Positions 9,859 through 19,525 of a stretch of 47,583 nucleotides of DNA are shown here, piece by piece. Both the position numbers and the translations under genes were made by a program. Source of the DNA: a virus (lineage: Duplodnaviria > Caudoviricetes); IMG/VR virus record IMGVR_UViG_3300032233_003111, positions 1-47,583 of that record, one strand, 5' to 3'. The notes under the pieces were generated by a model, which saw nothing but the letters and a program-made list of their open reading frames with translations, ran no database searches and was not told the origin of the DNA. Position 1 is the stretch's first letter, and every line of letters begins with the position of its first letter.

Positions 9859-9990
9859 CCATACTAAGATGTATAGACTAGATAGATATTCTTCTTAGGC
9901 TGTTCACTCTTCTCCTCTTACTCAAATCCAAAACTAAGATTGAAAACTCAGAGGGGGTTGGTATCGTTTTCGTTGGGGGGGGGGAGGCAA

Positions 9991-10272
9991 ATGGCAAACC
10001 AAGACGAGCCAAGCGGCTACCAGGAGATCGGCGAAAGCCTGGCCCAACCGGTCGCCGAGGGGCTGAAAAGCCTGTCGTGGGCAGTCGAGTTCGCCAAATT
10101 GCTTGGCTACACGACCGCCGACACCAAGGCCTGGGTCTCCCACTACAAGGCCCTGCACAGGTCGGAGCTTGACAAAATCGAGCGGAAGCGCGAACGTGTC
10201 TCCCGTAAGGTCAAGCGCTGGCAGCAGCGGTCTGACACCCTCAAGCGATCCGGTCCACTGCTTGACAGGTAG
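9991..10272 (+). CDS. Hypothetical protein
   Basis: ATG 9991 preceded by GGAGG. Confidence 0.55.
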   Translation: MANQDEPSGYQEIGESLAQPVAEGLKSLSWAVEFAKLLGYTTADTKAWVSHYKALHRSELDKIERKRERVSRKVKRWQQRSDTLKRSGPLLDR

Positions 10273-10290
10273 TGACCGATCCTGTAAAGT
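10262..10290 (+). promoter_or_regulatory. Sigma70-type promoter
   Basis: TTGACA-17nt-TAAAGT upstream of the Sak-like gene. Confidence 0.6.
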
Positions 10291-10311
10291 CCATCAGCAA
10301 CTAAAAGTTCA

Positions 10312-10989
10312 ATGCCTCAAGAACTCCCAAATCTCGCTGGCGTTGCCACTAAGAACCTGATCGAAAAGATCGGCAGTGGCAGCTACTCCGCTGAATACAT
10401 CAACTGGAGCCGCACCCTCAAGCTTCTGCGTGAGTACGCCCCTGGTTGGTGCATCGAGTCTGTCTTCAATGCTGAGGGTGGCCTGGTGCATCGTGCTCCC
10501 GGCAATGGCGGCTACCTTCTGCTGCGTTTCCGTCACGTTGATGGAACCGTCACGCCAGAGGTTCCTCAGGCAGTGATGGACAACAGAAACAAAGCGATTA
10601 TCTACGACAACATCAGTGCCCGCGATGTCACTGATACGCATCGTCGTGGTGCCTGCCTTGCCGCTGCCATGACATTTGGTCTGGCCTATGAGCTCTGGGC
10701 AAAGCTTCCACTGGAAAGCGGCTATGCGGATGAACAACCTGCCTCTGTAGCTACTGCCGCTCCTGCTGCTGCCGCAGCAACAGCACCTTCTGCGCAAACA
10801 GTCACGAAAGAGAAATTTCTTGAGGCTGCTATTGAAAAAGGTCTGACTACTCATGCAGCGGAAGCGCTGGCAGCTAAGCTCAATGGGAACTATGCTGGTG
10901 GCATTGATCGCCTGAAGGAAAAGGATCAGGATTGGGTAACTAAGTTCAATGAGGCATCCGCCCCAAAGAACAGCGGCGAGCAGTGGTAA
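10312..10989 (+). CDS. Sak/DUF1071-like single-strand annealing protein
   Basis: YINWSR, QAVMDNRNKAI...ARDVTDTHRR...AAMTFGLAYELW. Confidence 0.7.
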   Translation: MPQELPNLAGVATKNLIEKIGSGSYSAEYINWSRTLKLLREYAPGWCIESVFNAEGGLVHRAPGNGGYLLLRFRHVDGTVTPEVPQAVMDNRNKAIIYDNISARDVTDTHRRGACLAAAMTFGLAYELWAKLPLESGYADEQPASVATAAPAAAAATAPSAQTVTKEKFLEAAIEKGLTTHAAEALAAKLNGNYAGGIDRLKEKDQDWVTKFNEASAPKNSGEQW

Positions 10990-11113
10990 AGGGAGCGTAT
11001 CCCCAACTTGGCCCACTCGATGAGGTAGTGGGCCATTTAGACATGCTTAGCGCTGCTACTGCCGCATTCGCAACATTTTTTAATGGAACCATCATCGAGG
11101 ACTATCCAAAGCA

Positions 11114-11929
11114 ATGATTAATGACAGTGCAACAAGTGACGTTACTACGTGGCTTAATAATGCTGGAAGATTTGCAGTCCTTTCTCAGGATGAAGTGCTT
11201 TTGATTACACGAGAAATTCAATCACTTCCAGAGGATAGCCTAAAACGTAAAAAGCTTATCAATAAACTTGTTAGCCATAATCTTAGGCTTGTCATTAGAT
11301 TCGTTAAAAACTTTCTTAATACAACACCTCATATAAAGTGGGGAGATCCAGAGACTGTTGATTACCTGCAGGTTGGTGCTACTGGATTAATTCGTGCTGC
11401 CGAACTTTATGATCCTACTAAAGGATATACATTTTCTACATATGCAAATTATTGGATTCGCAGTAAGGTAGGTCGTTATAATATCAAAAATAGAAGTGTT
11501 GTTTCTGTTAGTGAATCTGTTTCAAGAAAGATCATCTTCTACGTAAGAAATGGATATGTCAAAAATAAAAAGACTGGTGAAAATTATGATGATAAGATTT
11601 TGATTCCTGTTCTCAAAGAGGCAAGTTCTGCCTTGTCATATTCATCCCTTAATGCTAAGAACCAATATGGCAATGAAATGATCAACAGTATTCCTGATGG
11701 TCCTCGTGATGCTGATAATGCCTGTCTGCATGAAGAGATCCATTTTGCGCTTGACAGGGCTGGTATCAGTCCGCTTGGCAAGGAAATCCTGTTTTCATTT
11801 TTTGTCCACAAAAATACGTGCCCAGAAATCGCCAGCATGCTCAATCTCAATGTTCAACGGGTGAGACGCGAAAAAGACGCAGCCCTCAGGCTCGCCAGGG
11901 AGAGCAAAGAGCTCCAGGAACTGGTATAA
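11114..11929 (+). CDS. RNA polymerase sigma-70 family factor (RpoD/SigA-like)
   Basis: Region 1.2 (LSQDE), LVSHNLRLV, GLIRAAELYDPTKGYTFSTYANYWIR, region 4 HTH. Confidence 0.9.
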   Translation: MINDSATSDVTTWLNNAGRFAVLSQDEVLLITREIQSLPEDSLKRKKLINKLVSHNLRLVIRFVKNFLNTTPHIKWGDPETVDYLQVGATGLIRAAELYDPTKGYTFSTYANYWIRSKVGRYNIKNRSVVSVSESVSRKIIFYVRNGYVKNKKTGENYDDKILIPVLKEASSALSYSSLNAKNQYGNEMINSIPDGPRDADNACLHEEIHFALDRAGISPLGKEILFSFFVHKNTCPEIASMLNLNVQRVRREKDAALRLARESKELQELV

Positions 11930-11960
11930 TGTGATTGCACACAAACCCTTTTGGGTACCG

Positions 11961-12320
11961 ATGGCTTCGATTTCTATTGTTGGTAAGGTCGTCTGCAAGG
12001 AAGGCACTGCCCCCGTTACTCTGAAAACTTTCGACAACGGCAATTCTATTGCCTCCTTCTCTGCTGTTGACAACGAGTATTTCTACGTCAAGGAAGGTGA
12101 GGACCGCTTTGGTCAGTTCTACAACGTTGAGGTGAATGGCAAGGCTGCGGCCATTTGCAGTGATCGCCTGCAACGTGGTGATCGGGTTGGCATCCATGGC
12201 CAACTCGTTCAGCGCCAGTACCAGGATAAAGTGTATCTGACCGTCAAAAACGCTCGGATCACGACCCTGGAACCTCGCCGTGATGCTGGTGGCTCCAGCT
12301 CCGAAGAGATCCCGTTCTGA
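11961..12320 (+). CDS. ssb: Single-stranded DNA-binding protein
   Basis: OB-fold motifs (LQRGDRVGIHGQL) and acidic tail EEIPF. Confidence 0.9.
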   Translation: MASISIVGKVVCKEGTAPVTLKTFDNGNSIASFSAVDNEYFYVKEGEDRFGQFYNVEVNGKAAAICSDRLQRGDRVGIHGQLVQRQYQDKVYLTVKNARITTLEPRRDAGGSSSEEIPF

Positions 12321-12335
12321 TAGAATGGACAGAAC

Positions 12336-12362
12336 GCCCCGCTTCGGCGGGGCTTCCCTCTT
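12336..12362 (+). terminator. Hairpin GCCCCGC-TTCG-GCGGGGC
   Basis: Perfect stem with UUCG loop after ssb; weak U-tract. Confidence 0.6.
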
Positions 12363-12374
12363 CCAAGAATAACC

Positions 12375-12680
12375 ATGACTCCTCAGATCGAACTCACTGA
12401 TACGATCGACCCACAGTCGATCCTTGACGCATTTGCAGATCCTGATCAAAGTGATAACATTGATCGGGAAGCAGAAAAAGAAACCGCGCTTCAAGCAATT
12501 GCTTATGTCCTTGGAAGGAATTTCAAGGCTGCAGAAGCAAGTGCAAACGAAGGTGTCTTTTCGCTGAATATCAAACTGACATTTGATCGGAATGATATTC
12601 CCACGACTATCAAAGCCGTGGCTCGTTGCTCTCGTGTTTCTAAGGCTGATATCGAACTCAGTTGCCCTAACAACGATTGA
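12375..12680 (+). CDS. Hypothetical protein
   Basis: 101-aa ORF in operon context. Confidence 0.6.
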   Translation: MTPQIELTDTIDPQSILDAFADPDQSDNIDREAEKETALQAIAYVLGRNFKAAEASANEGVFSLNIKLTFDRNDIPTTIKAVARCSRVSKADIELSCPNND

Positions 12681-12717
12681 ACGATAACAGCGAACTGAAA
12701 CAGTTTGCGGCAAAGAT

Positions 12718-13347
12718 ATGCGGCGCTTTAATAGGCGCCGCTTCTATCATCGTACCACTTGCTACGTTGCTGCTTTGAATACAATAGAACTGTTAGATCT
12801 CCCTCCTGGAAGCGTTGGCGCTTTCATCGAAGATCTTCCAATGTTGACTACAGCACACGTAAGGCCATTTGTTGTTGCCATATTGCTACATCGCGGTGCT
12901 GTTAAACCGCATGAAGTATGGGCATCGCTTACTCCTCATTGCTGCAGTGATGATCTCAAGGTTGGTGGATGGGATCCACTCGATAATGATTACTGCGAAG
13001 GAACCAGAGTTGAAAAACTTGTAGATGAGGTTCTTGGTGAATTTGTTTCAGAAGGACTTGTAAGATATAATGAAGAACAAGACCTTTGGGTTCTTACAGC
13101 AAATCATATTCCAAAAGTTATCTCATGGGTTACTGCTCTTGGAGCTAGAATGCCTCAACATCTTTTGTGTGAAATGACAAAGCAACAAGTCGCATCTCTT
13201 CCCGAAGAAAATATTTCAACAAATGCTGAAATGTGGGATGGAACTGATATAGAACCTACTTACCCGCGTAGCATTAAGAGGAGCAAGCCGGTTTCTGTTG
13301 ATGACTGCTACGTTGGAGAATATCAGGAGGGTGATCGATTCTCCTGA
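12718..13347 (+). CDS. Hypothetical protein (start uncertain)
   Basis: 209-aa ORF in operon context. Confidence 0.6.
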   Translation: MRRFNRRRFYHRTTCYVAALNTIELLDLPPGSVGAFIEDLPMLTTAHVRPFVVAILLHRGAVKPHEVWASLTPHCCSDDLKVGGWDPLDNDYCEGTRVEKLVDEVLGEFVSEGLVRYNEEQDLWVLTANHIPKVISWVTALGARMPQHLLCEMTKQQVASLPEENISTNAEMWDGTDIEPTYPRSIKRSKPVSVDDCYVGEYQEGDRFS

Positions 13348-13714
13348 TTACGTTCTTGACATTAGAATGCCTTTGCATTCAAAGGCGCGTCCAAGGCTTA
13401 CGAAAAGTGGACACGCTTATATGCCCGCAGCTTATCGCTTAGCACAAGCCGAAATGCAGCGTCAGGTCAAGGCTCAATGGGAAATGGAGTCACTCATTGG
13501 TCCGATTGCACTTTATATTAAGATCTACGGAGAAGGAAGAGGGGATGCTGATAATGTTGCTGGATTCTTGATGGATGCTGCAGGACCAGCGAAAGACAAG
13601 CCTGGAATCCTTTGGCAAGACGATCGACTGTCTGTCATACCACTGTTGATCGTCGATTGGGAAAAGGCCCCGAAAGCCGACTCTAGGTGGTTAATCCACA
13701 TCGCAAAGCTCTGA
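13298..13714 (+). CDS. rusA: RusA-family Holliday junction resolvase
   Basis: SKARPR, GDADNVAGFLMDA, GILWQDD. Confidence 0.85.
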   Translation: MMTATLENIRRVIDSPDYVLDIRMPLHSKARPRLTKSGHAYMPAAYRLAQAEMQRQVKAQWEMESLIGPIALYIKIYGEGRGDADNVAGFLMDAAGPAKDKPGILWQDDRLSVIPLLIVDWEKAPKADSRWLIHIAKL

Positions 13715-13748
13715 ATGTGCTAAACTGTAAGGCAAGCGCACTCAGTAA

Positions 13749-14633
13749 ATGTCATCATCAGCAGTCAGCTACATGCAAGCCGATCCGGCTTACAGGAAGG
13801 ATCCGGCCCATGCACAGTCTCATGTAAAACATATCCTGCGGTCCCCCGCCCACTACCTCGCAGCGAAGAGCCGCAGATTTGCTCCGACGATCTCAATGCA
13901 GATCGGATCCGCGCTGCATTGCCTTGTTCTCGAAGGGCAAGAGCAATTTGATAATGATTATGTGCTGAAACCAGAAGGCTTGTCGATGACGACGAAGGCT
14001 GGAAAAGAATGGAAGGAAGAAAATAGCAAGAAGACACCATTGTCAAAAACAGATCAGTATGCATCTTGGGATGCAGTCCATGGAATGGCTGAATCATTGC
14101 GCACTCTTGACTGGTTTAATCCATCTCAAGAGGAATATAGAAAGTACAATGAAGTTAGCCTGTACTGGGAAGCGGATGGCATCGATTGCAAATGCAGGCT
14201 TGATAGGCTTGTACTGAATAAAGATTCTGCAATCATTCTTGATCTTAAAACAACTGATAGCGTTGAAGAGTCTGATTTTCTTAAAAAGGTAATCAGTTCG
14301 ATGAATTACCTGTTTCAGTCTGCGTGGTATGTAGAAGGAGTAGAAGCTGTTTACCAAGTTCCTACATCTTTTGTCTTCATCGGTGTCGAACGGACTCCAC
14401 CGTATTCCATGGGTATCTTTGAGATTTCTTCAGAAATGCTTGCGGAAGGACTTCGGCAAACGCATGCCGCAAGAAAAAGCCTGGCAAGTTGCCTCAAAAA
14501 TAATGAGTGGAAGGCACCGGAGGTGACGAGTCAGAAGCTGTTCCTGCCGCCCTGGTACCGGTCTCCCTTGGACCGTGGTAATATGGTAGAGACTGAAAAG
14601 TCTGATGCACTCGAAGACGCATTCTCTATCTGA
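13749..14633 (+). CDS. RecE/exonuclease VIII-like PD-(D/E)XK nuclease (DUF3799-like)
   Basis: SPAHY, GSALHCLVLE, EVSLYW, CKCRLDRL, DLKTT, YLFQSAWY. Confidence 0.85.
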   Translation: MSSSAVSYMQADPAYRKDPAHAQSHVKHILRSPAHYLAAKSRRFAPTISMQIGSALHCLVLEGQEQFDNDYVLKPEGLSMTTKAGKEWKEENSKKTPLSKTDQYASWDAVHGMAESLRTLDWFNPSQEEYRKYNEVSLYWEADGIDCKCRLDRLVLNKDSAIILDLKTTDSVEESDFLKKVISSMNYLFQSAWYVEGVEAVYQVPTSFVFIGVERTPPYSMGIFEISSEMLAEGLRQTHAARKSLASCLKNNEWKAPEVTSQKLFLPPWYRSPLDRGNMVETEKSDALEDAFSI

Positions 14634-14634
14634 A

Positions 14635-14856
14635 ATGAGCAATTCTTCTCGTACTACTTCGACATCCGTGTCGTCAATTTCTACTACCGGCCTTCTCGGT
14701 GTTCTTTTTGTTGGCCTGAAGCTGACTGGTCACATCAACTGGCCTTGGCTTTGGGTTCTGTCGCCGTTCTGGATTCCAATTGCGATCCTTCTGGCTATCC
14801 TTGTCGTGGCTGGCCTGTTTCTTCTGATTGCTTACCTCATCGACCAAGCCAAATGA
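14635..14856 (+). CDS. Small membrane protein (Transmembrane Fragile-X-F-like phage family)
   Basis: LFVGLKLTGHINWPWLWVLSPFWIP signature. Confidence 0.75.
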   Translation: MSNSSRTTSTSVSSISTTGLLGVLFVGLKLTGHINWPWLWVLSPFWIPIAILLAILVVAGLFLLIAYLIDQAK

Positions 14857-15587
14857 CATTGATTGATTCGCGTTTCAAAGTTGTGGCAATTGCTGCTACT
14901 CCAAATCCACAGCGGTGTGTTTATGCCGCCATGCACCAGGACTACAGCGAGGGCTTTGTGGCTGATCAGGTCCATGAATGGCCTGATGAGAAACGGGCGG
15001 GCGAGGTCTGCGTTAAACGCCTCCTGGCGGGCGAGCGCGGCCACTACGGCCCGCTGGAGCACGCCCAGATCGTGCTCAACGTGGGCTGGTTTCCCCATTC
15101 GGTGATGCAGCAAGCCCGCACCCATCGTGTGGGTGTTAGCTTCGATGTGCAGTCGATGCGCTACACAGGAGATCGTATCTGCAGGGCAGCGACCGGTGGG
15201 CTCGACCTTGAGGAAGTCTTCTATCTGCGTCCTGTAGGTAGTTATAGCGACCGCAAGGGAAAGAAGTATCTCTATACTGAACATCAACGCAACAAAGATC
15301 TTATTCTTTGTGCCGAGGCTGCTAATCGCTACGCAGAGTTGATTAATGATGGCTTTGCGGAAGAACATGCCCGTGGCATTCTTCCCTTTGACTACCGTCA
15401 GCACTTTGTCGTTAGCTTCAGTCTGCGTGCATTTCTTCACTTCCTCGATCTTCGCGCCAAGCTCGATGCTCAGGAGGAGATCAGAGCACTTTGTGAACTG
15501 ATGCTGCCATGCCTCCGTGAATGGGCACCAGAGTTCGCTGAATGGTACGAAAAGACTCGCCTGCACAAGGCTCGTCTTGCTCCGTAG
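14853..15587 (+). CDS. thyX: FAD-dependent thymidylate synthase
   Basis: GHYGPLEH, QQARTHRVGVSFDVQSMRY, EEHARGIL, AQEEIR. Confidence 0.95.
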   Translation: MTLIDSRFKVVAIAATPNPQRCVYAAMHQDYSEGFVADQVHEWPDEKRAGEVCVKRLLAGERGHYGPLEHAQIVLNVGWFPHSVMQQARTHRVGVSFDVQSMRYTGDRICRAATGGLDLEEVFYLRPVGSYSDRKGKKYLYTEHQRNKDLILCAEAANRYAELINDGFAEEHARGILPFDYRQHFVVSFSLRAFLHFLDLRAKLDAQEEIRALCELMLPCLREWAPEFAEWYEKTRLHKARLAP

Positions 15588-15613
15588 CGGATCTGCTCTA
15601 GTATGGTAGAATG

Positions 15614-15635
15614 GGGGCAGCGGTGCCCCTTTTTT
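15614..15635 (+). terminator. Intrinsic terminator overlapping a -10 element
   Basis: GGGGCA-GCGG-TGCCCC-TTTTTT, with TGGTAGAAT immediately upstream. Confidence 0.6.
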
Positions 15636-16241
15636 ATGGCAACTCTTGCTCAAGGTTCTCAAAGAAAACTGATCCTTTTTAATGGACCACGCCATTCTGG
15701 CAAGGATACCGCAGCCTTGCGTTGCGTAGAAACTTTTGATGCTTATCATTTTAAGATGAGTGGTCCTACCAAGGCAGCAATCAAGGCAGCCTTTGAACTT
15801 CATGAAGACGAAGTAGAATATCTTGAATCGATCAAAACATTAGATTCTTCATTGTTATTTGGCAATAGCTACGTTAATACTCAGATCTCGTTCAGTGAAG
15901 ATTGGGCAAAATCATTCTTTGGCACTGAGGTGTTCGGTTGGCTTGCTGAACGCCATCTTCGCAAGGCAATTGAAAAATATCCAGATCAAGGATTGTTTGT
16001 CTGCAGCGATAGCGGCTTTGAATGTGAAGCCATTCCTGTTATCAAAATATTTGGTAGGAAGAACGTACTTCTTGTAAGGATTTTTAGAGATGGCAAAACA
16101 TTTGATGGAGATAGTAGATCATATATTCATCTTAATGGTCTGCCAACTATTACTGTTACCAATGCGACGATTGAGTCATACCATAAAACGATAGATGATG
16201 TAGTGACTTCATTTCTTGCTGAGGAAAAGTGCCCTGTATGA
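15636..16241 (+). CDS. Deoxynucleoside monophosphate kinase-like P-loop protein
   Basis: NGPRHSGKDTAA, VCSDSGFECE, DSRSY. Confidence 0.75.
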   Translation: MATLAQGSQRKLILFNGPRHSGKDTAALRCVETFDAYHFKMSGPTKAAIKAAFELHEDEVEYLESIKTLDSSLLFGNSYVNTQISFSEDWAKSFFGTEVFGWLAERHLRKAIEKYPDQGLFVCSDSGFECEAIPVIKIFGRKNVLLVRIFRDGKTFDGDSRSYIHLNGLPTITVTNATIESYHKTIDDVVTSFLAEEKCPV

Positions 16242-16459
16242 ATAAAGCAACCAAGGAATATGCAGAACTTGCTAAGCAGTATGGGTTTGTTCTTGTTAGA
16301 ACCAAACGCCATGCCGTATTTAAGCACGAAAATGGAGGAACATTGATCTGTCCACTTTCTCCTTCTGATTCAAAGCGTGGCCTGATGAATCTCAAAAGAG
16401 ACATAAAGAGAATCCTTTCCAGGAATAATAAGATGCTTCAGCCCGGTGATCGAGCTTAA
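16238..16459 (+). CDS. HicA-like (dsRBD fold) small protein
   Basis: GFVLVRTKRHAVFKHENG...SPSD...NLKRDIKR pattern. Confidence 0.55.
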   Translation: MNKATKEYAELAKQYGFVLVRTKRHAVFKHENGGTLICPLSPSDSKRGLMNLKRDIKRILSRNNKMLQPGDRA

Positions 16460-17078
16460 GGTGGAATGGAAAGAGGCTAAGCCCCCAGAAGGAGAGCCGG
16501 GGCCAATTTATGGCTTTAGAAGAGGCTATAAGGTAAGAGATGCTGGTCGACATGAGAATGCTGAACAGTTTGCTTGCTTTCAGCATTATCTAAAGATGAG
16601 CGGCAATCGCTCATTTGCGGAACTTGCTCGTATCACTGGTCATGGCGTTCCAGCCCTGACCAAGTGGTCCGAAAAATTCCAATGGGAACGCCGCACGGCA
16701 GCGTGGTACAAGGACCAAATGGCTCTGACATGGCGTGAGGCTGATCGGCTTGATCGCAATGCTCATCGAGAGGCGATTGCTGAATTCCGCATGACTTCGG
16801 AAAGACAGGCACGGATGATGTCTCGTGTTTCAGAAGACCTCGTGCGTGTACTTGGCAAGCGAATTGCTCAGGCTGAAGAGAAGAACGAACCGATTCCAAT
16901 GCATATGATTAGCGGCTTGCTACGTGCTGCCGCTAGTCTCAGTGAGCAGTCTCGTGAATCATGGGGCAATGCCCTTGGCATCAATGAGCTTCTTGATGTA
17001 GTCGACACAGAAGTCGAAAAAGTACGCATCGAGCAGGTAGACTTAGACGATCCGTATGAATTCGAGATCGATGAGTGA
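16446..17078 (+). CDS. Putative terminase small subunit
   Basis: HTH (FQHYLKMSGNRSFAELAR...KWSEKFQWERR), upstream of TerL. Confidence 0.6.
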   Translation: MIELKVEWKEAKPPEGEPGPIYGFRRGYKVRDAGRHENAEQFACFQHYLKMSGNRSFAELARITGHGVPALTKWSEKFQWERRTAAWYKDQMALTWREADRLDRNAHREAIAEFRMTSERQARMMSRVSEDLVRVLGKRIAQAEEKNEPIPMHMISGLLRAAASLSEQSRESWGNALGINELLDVVDTEVEKVRIEQVDLDDPYEFEIDE

Positions 17079-17277
17079 ACCCTTTGTTCTTCCTGAAGGA
17101 ATCGATCCGGCATTTCCATTTTGGGTTGTCGTGGAAGAGGATGATTCTATTACAATCAACTGGGATCCAGATCATCCAATTACTTCAGTCTTTAATGACT
17201 GGACTCCAGAAAGATTTATGGAAATGTTAAAAAATCATGCAGAAAAGATGATTGAAGAATGTATTGAAGTAGCATAA
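17071..17277 (+). CDS. Hypothetical protein
   Basis: Overlapping starts and stops with both neighbours. Confidence 0.6.
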   Translation: MSEPFVLPEGIDPAFPFWVVVEEDDSITINWDPDHPITSVFNDWTPERFMEMLKNHAEKMIEECIEVA

Positions 17278-18803
17278 TGGCTAAAACAGTAGGCAGTCGC
17301 TATCTTCAGCATCTTGCTGGACAGACAGAACTTGTTACCGAACTAAAAACTGCAAAGACGCAGCAAAAGAAAGGTGGCAAAGTTGTAATCTTGCACAAGA
17401 TGATCAGGGATGTATCGCCTGCCTATAAATTCTATAAAGTTCATGCTGAATTAATCAAGCAACTGCAGCGCGTGATTGATGGAGATTGCAAGAGATTAAT
17501 CGTCTCGATCCCTCCTCGTCATGGCAAAAGTTTGCTTTCTTCAAGATTACTTCCTGCAGCGTATCTTTTGGCACATCCAGATAGATATGTTGCTATCTGT
17601 TCATATAGCGCTGAACTTGCTGAAGGATTCAGTAGGGAAGCACGAGATTACTACCAGCAAGCAGGTGGATTGATTGATCCATTGAATAAATCTGTCAACT
17701 CCTGGGGAACAGAGGGAGGTGGTGGATGTTGGGCAACTGGTATTGGAGGCTCAGTTACTGGTCGTTCCGCAAGTCTAATTATTGCTGATGATACTGTTAA
17801 GGGGCGAGAGGAGGCAGATAGCAAAAGAACCATGGAAAAACTATGGTCCTTTTATCAAGGCTCTCTGTATACACGTCTTGAGCCAGGGCATGGAGCAATT
17901 GTTGTAGTAGCAACAAGGTGGGGAGAAAGTGACCTTACTGGTCGTCTCCTTGAGATGGAAGCAAACGCTCCTGAAGAGCTTAGAGAAGATTGGACGATTA
18001 TTGATCTTCCTGCTATTAGCGAAGATCTTGGATCTCGACCACCTCTCCCTCCAAATTGTACTGTTGTTCCAGACTGGAGAGAGGAATCTGGTATTGCTTT
18101 ATGCCCACAACGTTATGATGTTAGCGATCTAAATAGGATTCGCCAGGCTGTCGGCCCTAGAGAGTGGGCTTCTTTGTATCAACAAAGACCAGCGCCAGAA
18201 GGGGGAAATATGTTTAGTTCTGAGTGGTGGAAATATTATGAATCTCCAGATAAGTTGCCAGCAATGGATCGTATTATGCTGAGCGTTGATTGTACGTTCA
18301 CTGCAAATAGCGATTCAGACTATGTTGTTGGTCTTATAGTAGGCCAAGTTGGATCGTCTTATTATGTTATTGATATGCATCGAGAAAAAATGGATATAAA
18401 CGGAACAATTTCGATGATCCTACGATTTAATGACAAATATACTATCAATGGAACAATCATCGAACTTGCAGCAAGTGGTCATGCTGCCTACCAATTATTA
18501 CATTCTCGTATTCCTGGTATTATTGGATACAAGCCTGGCGACAGAAGTAAAGTAGCAAGACTTTCTGGAATTGTACCAGTAGTCGAAGCGGGTAATGTAC
18601 ACCTTCCGGAGTATGTACCTTGGTTGGATATATTCCTAAATGAGTTTAATTTGTTTCCTGCAGTTAAAAATGATGACATTTGCGATGCATTAGCTCAATG
18701 CATCAATTATATGAACCAACGTACAACTCCACAGGTTACTCAGGTACACTGGGGTCGTGCAGCAATGCTCCCAGAAGGCATTAAGCAAAACAATCCTTGG
18801 TAA
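17277..18803 (+). CDS. terL: Terminase large subunit
   Basis: PPRHGKS Walker A, IIADD Walker B, ATRW, LYQQRP, nuclease SVD...DY and NDDICDA. Confidence 0.93.
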   Translation: MAKTVGSRYLQHLAGQTELVTELKTAKTQQKKGGKVVILHKMIRDVSPAYKFYKVHAELIKQLQRVIDGDCKRLIVSIPPRHGKSLLSSRLLPAAYLLAHPDRYVAICSYSAELAEGFSREARDYYQQAGGLIDPLNKSVNSWGTEGGGGCWATGIGGSVTGRSASLIIADDTVKGREEADSKRTMEKLWSFYQGSLYTRLEPGHGAIVVVATRWGESDLTGRLLEMEANAPEELREDWTIIDLPAISEDLGSRPPLPPNCTVVPDWREESGIALCPQRYDVSDLNRIRQAVGPREWASLYQQRPAPEGGNMFSSEWWKYYESPDKLPAMDRIMLSVDCTFTANSDSDYVVGLIVGQVGSSYYVIDMHREKMDINGTISMILRFNDKYTINGTIIELAASGHAAYQLLHSRIPGIIGYKPGDRSKVARLSGIVPVVEAGNVHLPEYVPWLDIFLNEFNLFPAVKNDDICDALAQCINYMNQRTTPQVTQVHWGRAAMLPEGIKQNNPW

Positions 18804-18805
18804 CT

Positions 18806-19525
18806 ATGTCAAAACGCGACAAGAGATTTAGCTTAAGCAAAAAGCAGCAAGAGCTTGCTGCCGTAAATATTAATCTGGCTCGTAATGTTGCCTGGAAATA
18901 TCATAGATCTACAAATATTGAGTATATAATTCTTGAGTCTGCTGCTTTCGAGGGCTTATGCCAAGCGGCAGCAAAATATGACCCAGAATTAATCAATGAA
19001 CGGACTGGTAGATCGATGAAATTTTCATCTCTTGCAGTACCTTATATACGTGGCAGCATTCTTCATTATATTAGAGATAGAACATATTCGATGAGGCTCA
19101 CCCATCGAATGCGTGAAACATGGTCAAAAGGTCGTAAATTATTGAATAAAGGTGCTACTGATCTTGAAATCTCTGAATCTCTTGGTATTCCAATTGAGGA
19201 ATGGCAGGATGCGAAATCTGCCTGCTCCGGCCCGCCTCTAGAGCTCAAAGATCAAGCCACGCCATGTGATGCTCCGGAGATCGATGAGGTCGACAACCTG
19301 GGGGCATTCAAGCTTGAGGCCGAAGAGCGTCTTGCAGAGATGCCAGCACCCATTAAGAGGCGTCTCCTCCGCTTTTGCCGCAGTAGAACACTTGAGGTTC
19401 CTCTTTCGATCTCCAGTGAACTCCCTGGTTGCCTTTGGCCCATGCTAGAATCCGAAGGAGCCGAAACTGCTTATGCTAACCAAAGAATCAACAGTACAGA
19501 AGATCAGGCAGGTTCCGATCAGTGA
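18806..19525 (+). CDS. Alternative sigma factor (SigF/FliA-like)
   Basis: NINLARNVAW, GLCQAAAKYDP, FSSLAVPYIRGSILHYIRD. Confidence 0.85.
   Translation: MSKRDKRFSLSKKQQELAAVNINLARNVAWKYHRSTNIEYIILESAAFEGLCQAAAKYDPELINERTGRSMKFSSLAVPYIRGSILHYIRDRTYSMRLTHRMRETWSKGRKLLNKGATDLEISESLGIPIEEWQDAKSACSGPPLELKDQATPCDAPEIDEVDNLGAFKLEAEERLAEMPAPIKRRLLRFCRSRTLEVPLSISSELPGCLWPMLESEGAETAYANQRINSTEDQAGSDQ

Noticed and set aside
9560-9867. ORFs 9560..9862, 9570..9827 and 9640..9867
   Set aside because: Translations merely reflect the DNA repeat array.
14832-15803. Long antisense ORFs (e.g. 14832..15803, 11886..12713, 10309..11016, 22555..23265)
   Set aside because: Shadows of well-supported genes on the opposite strand.
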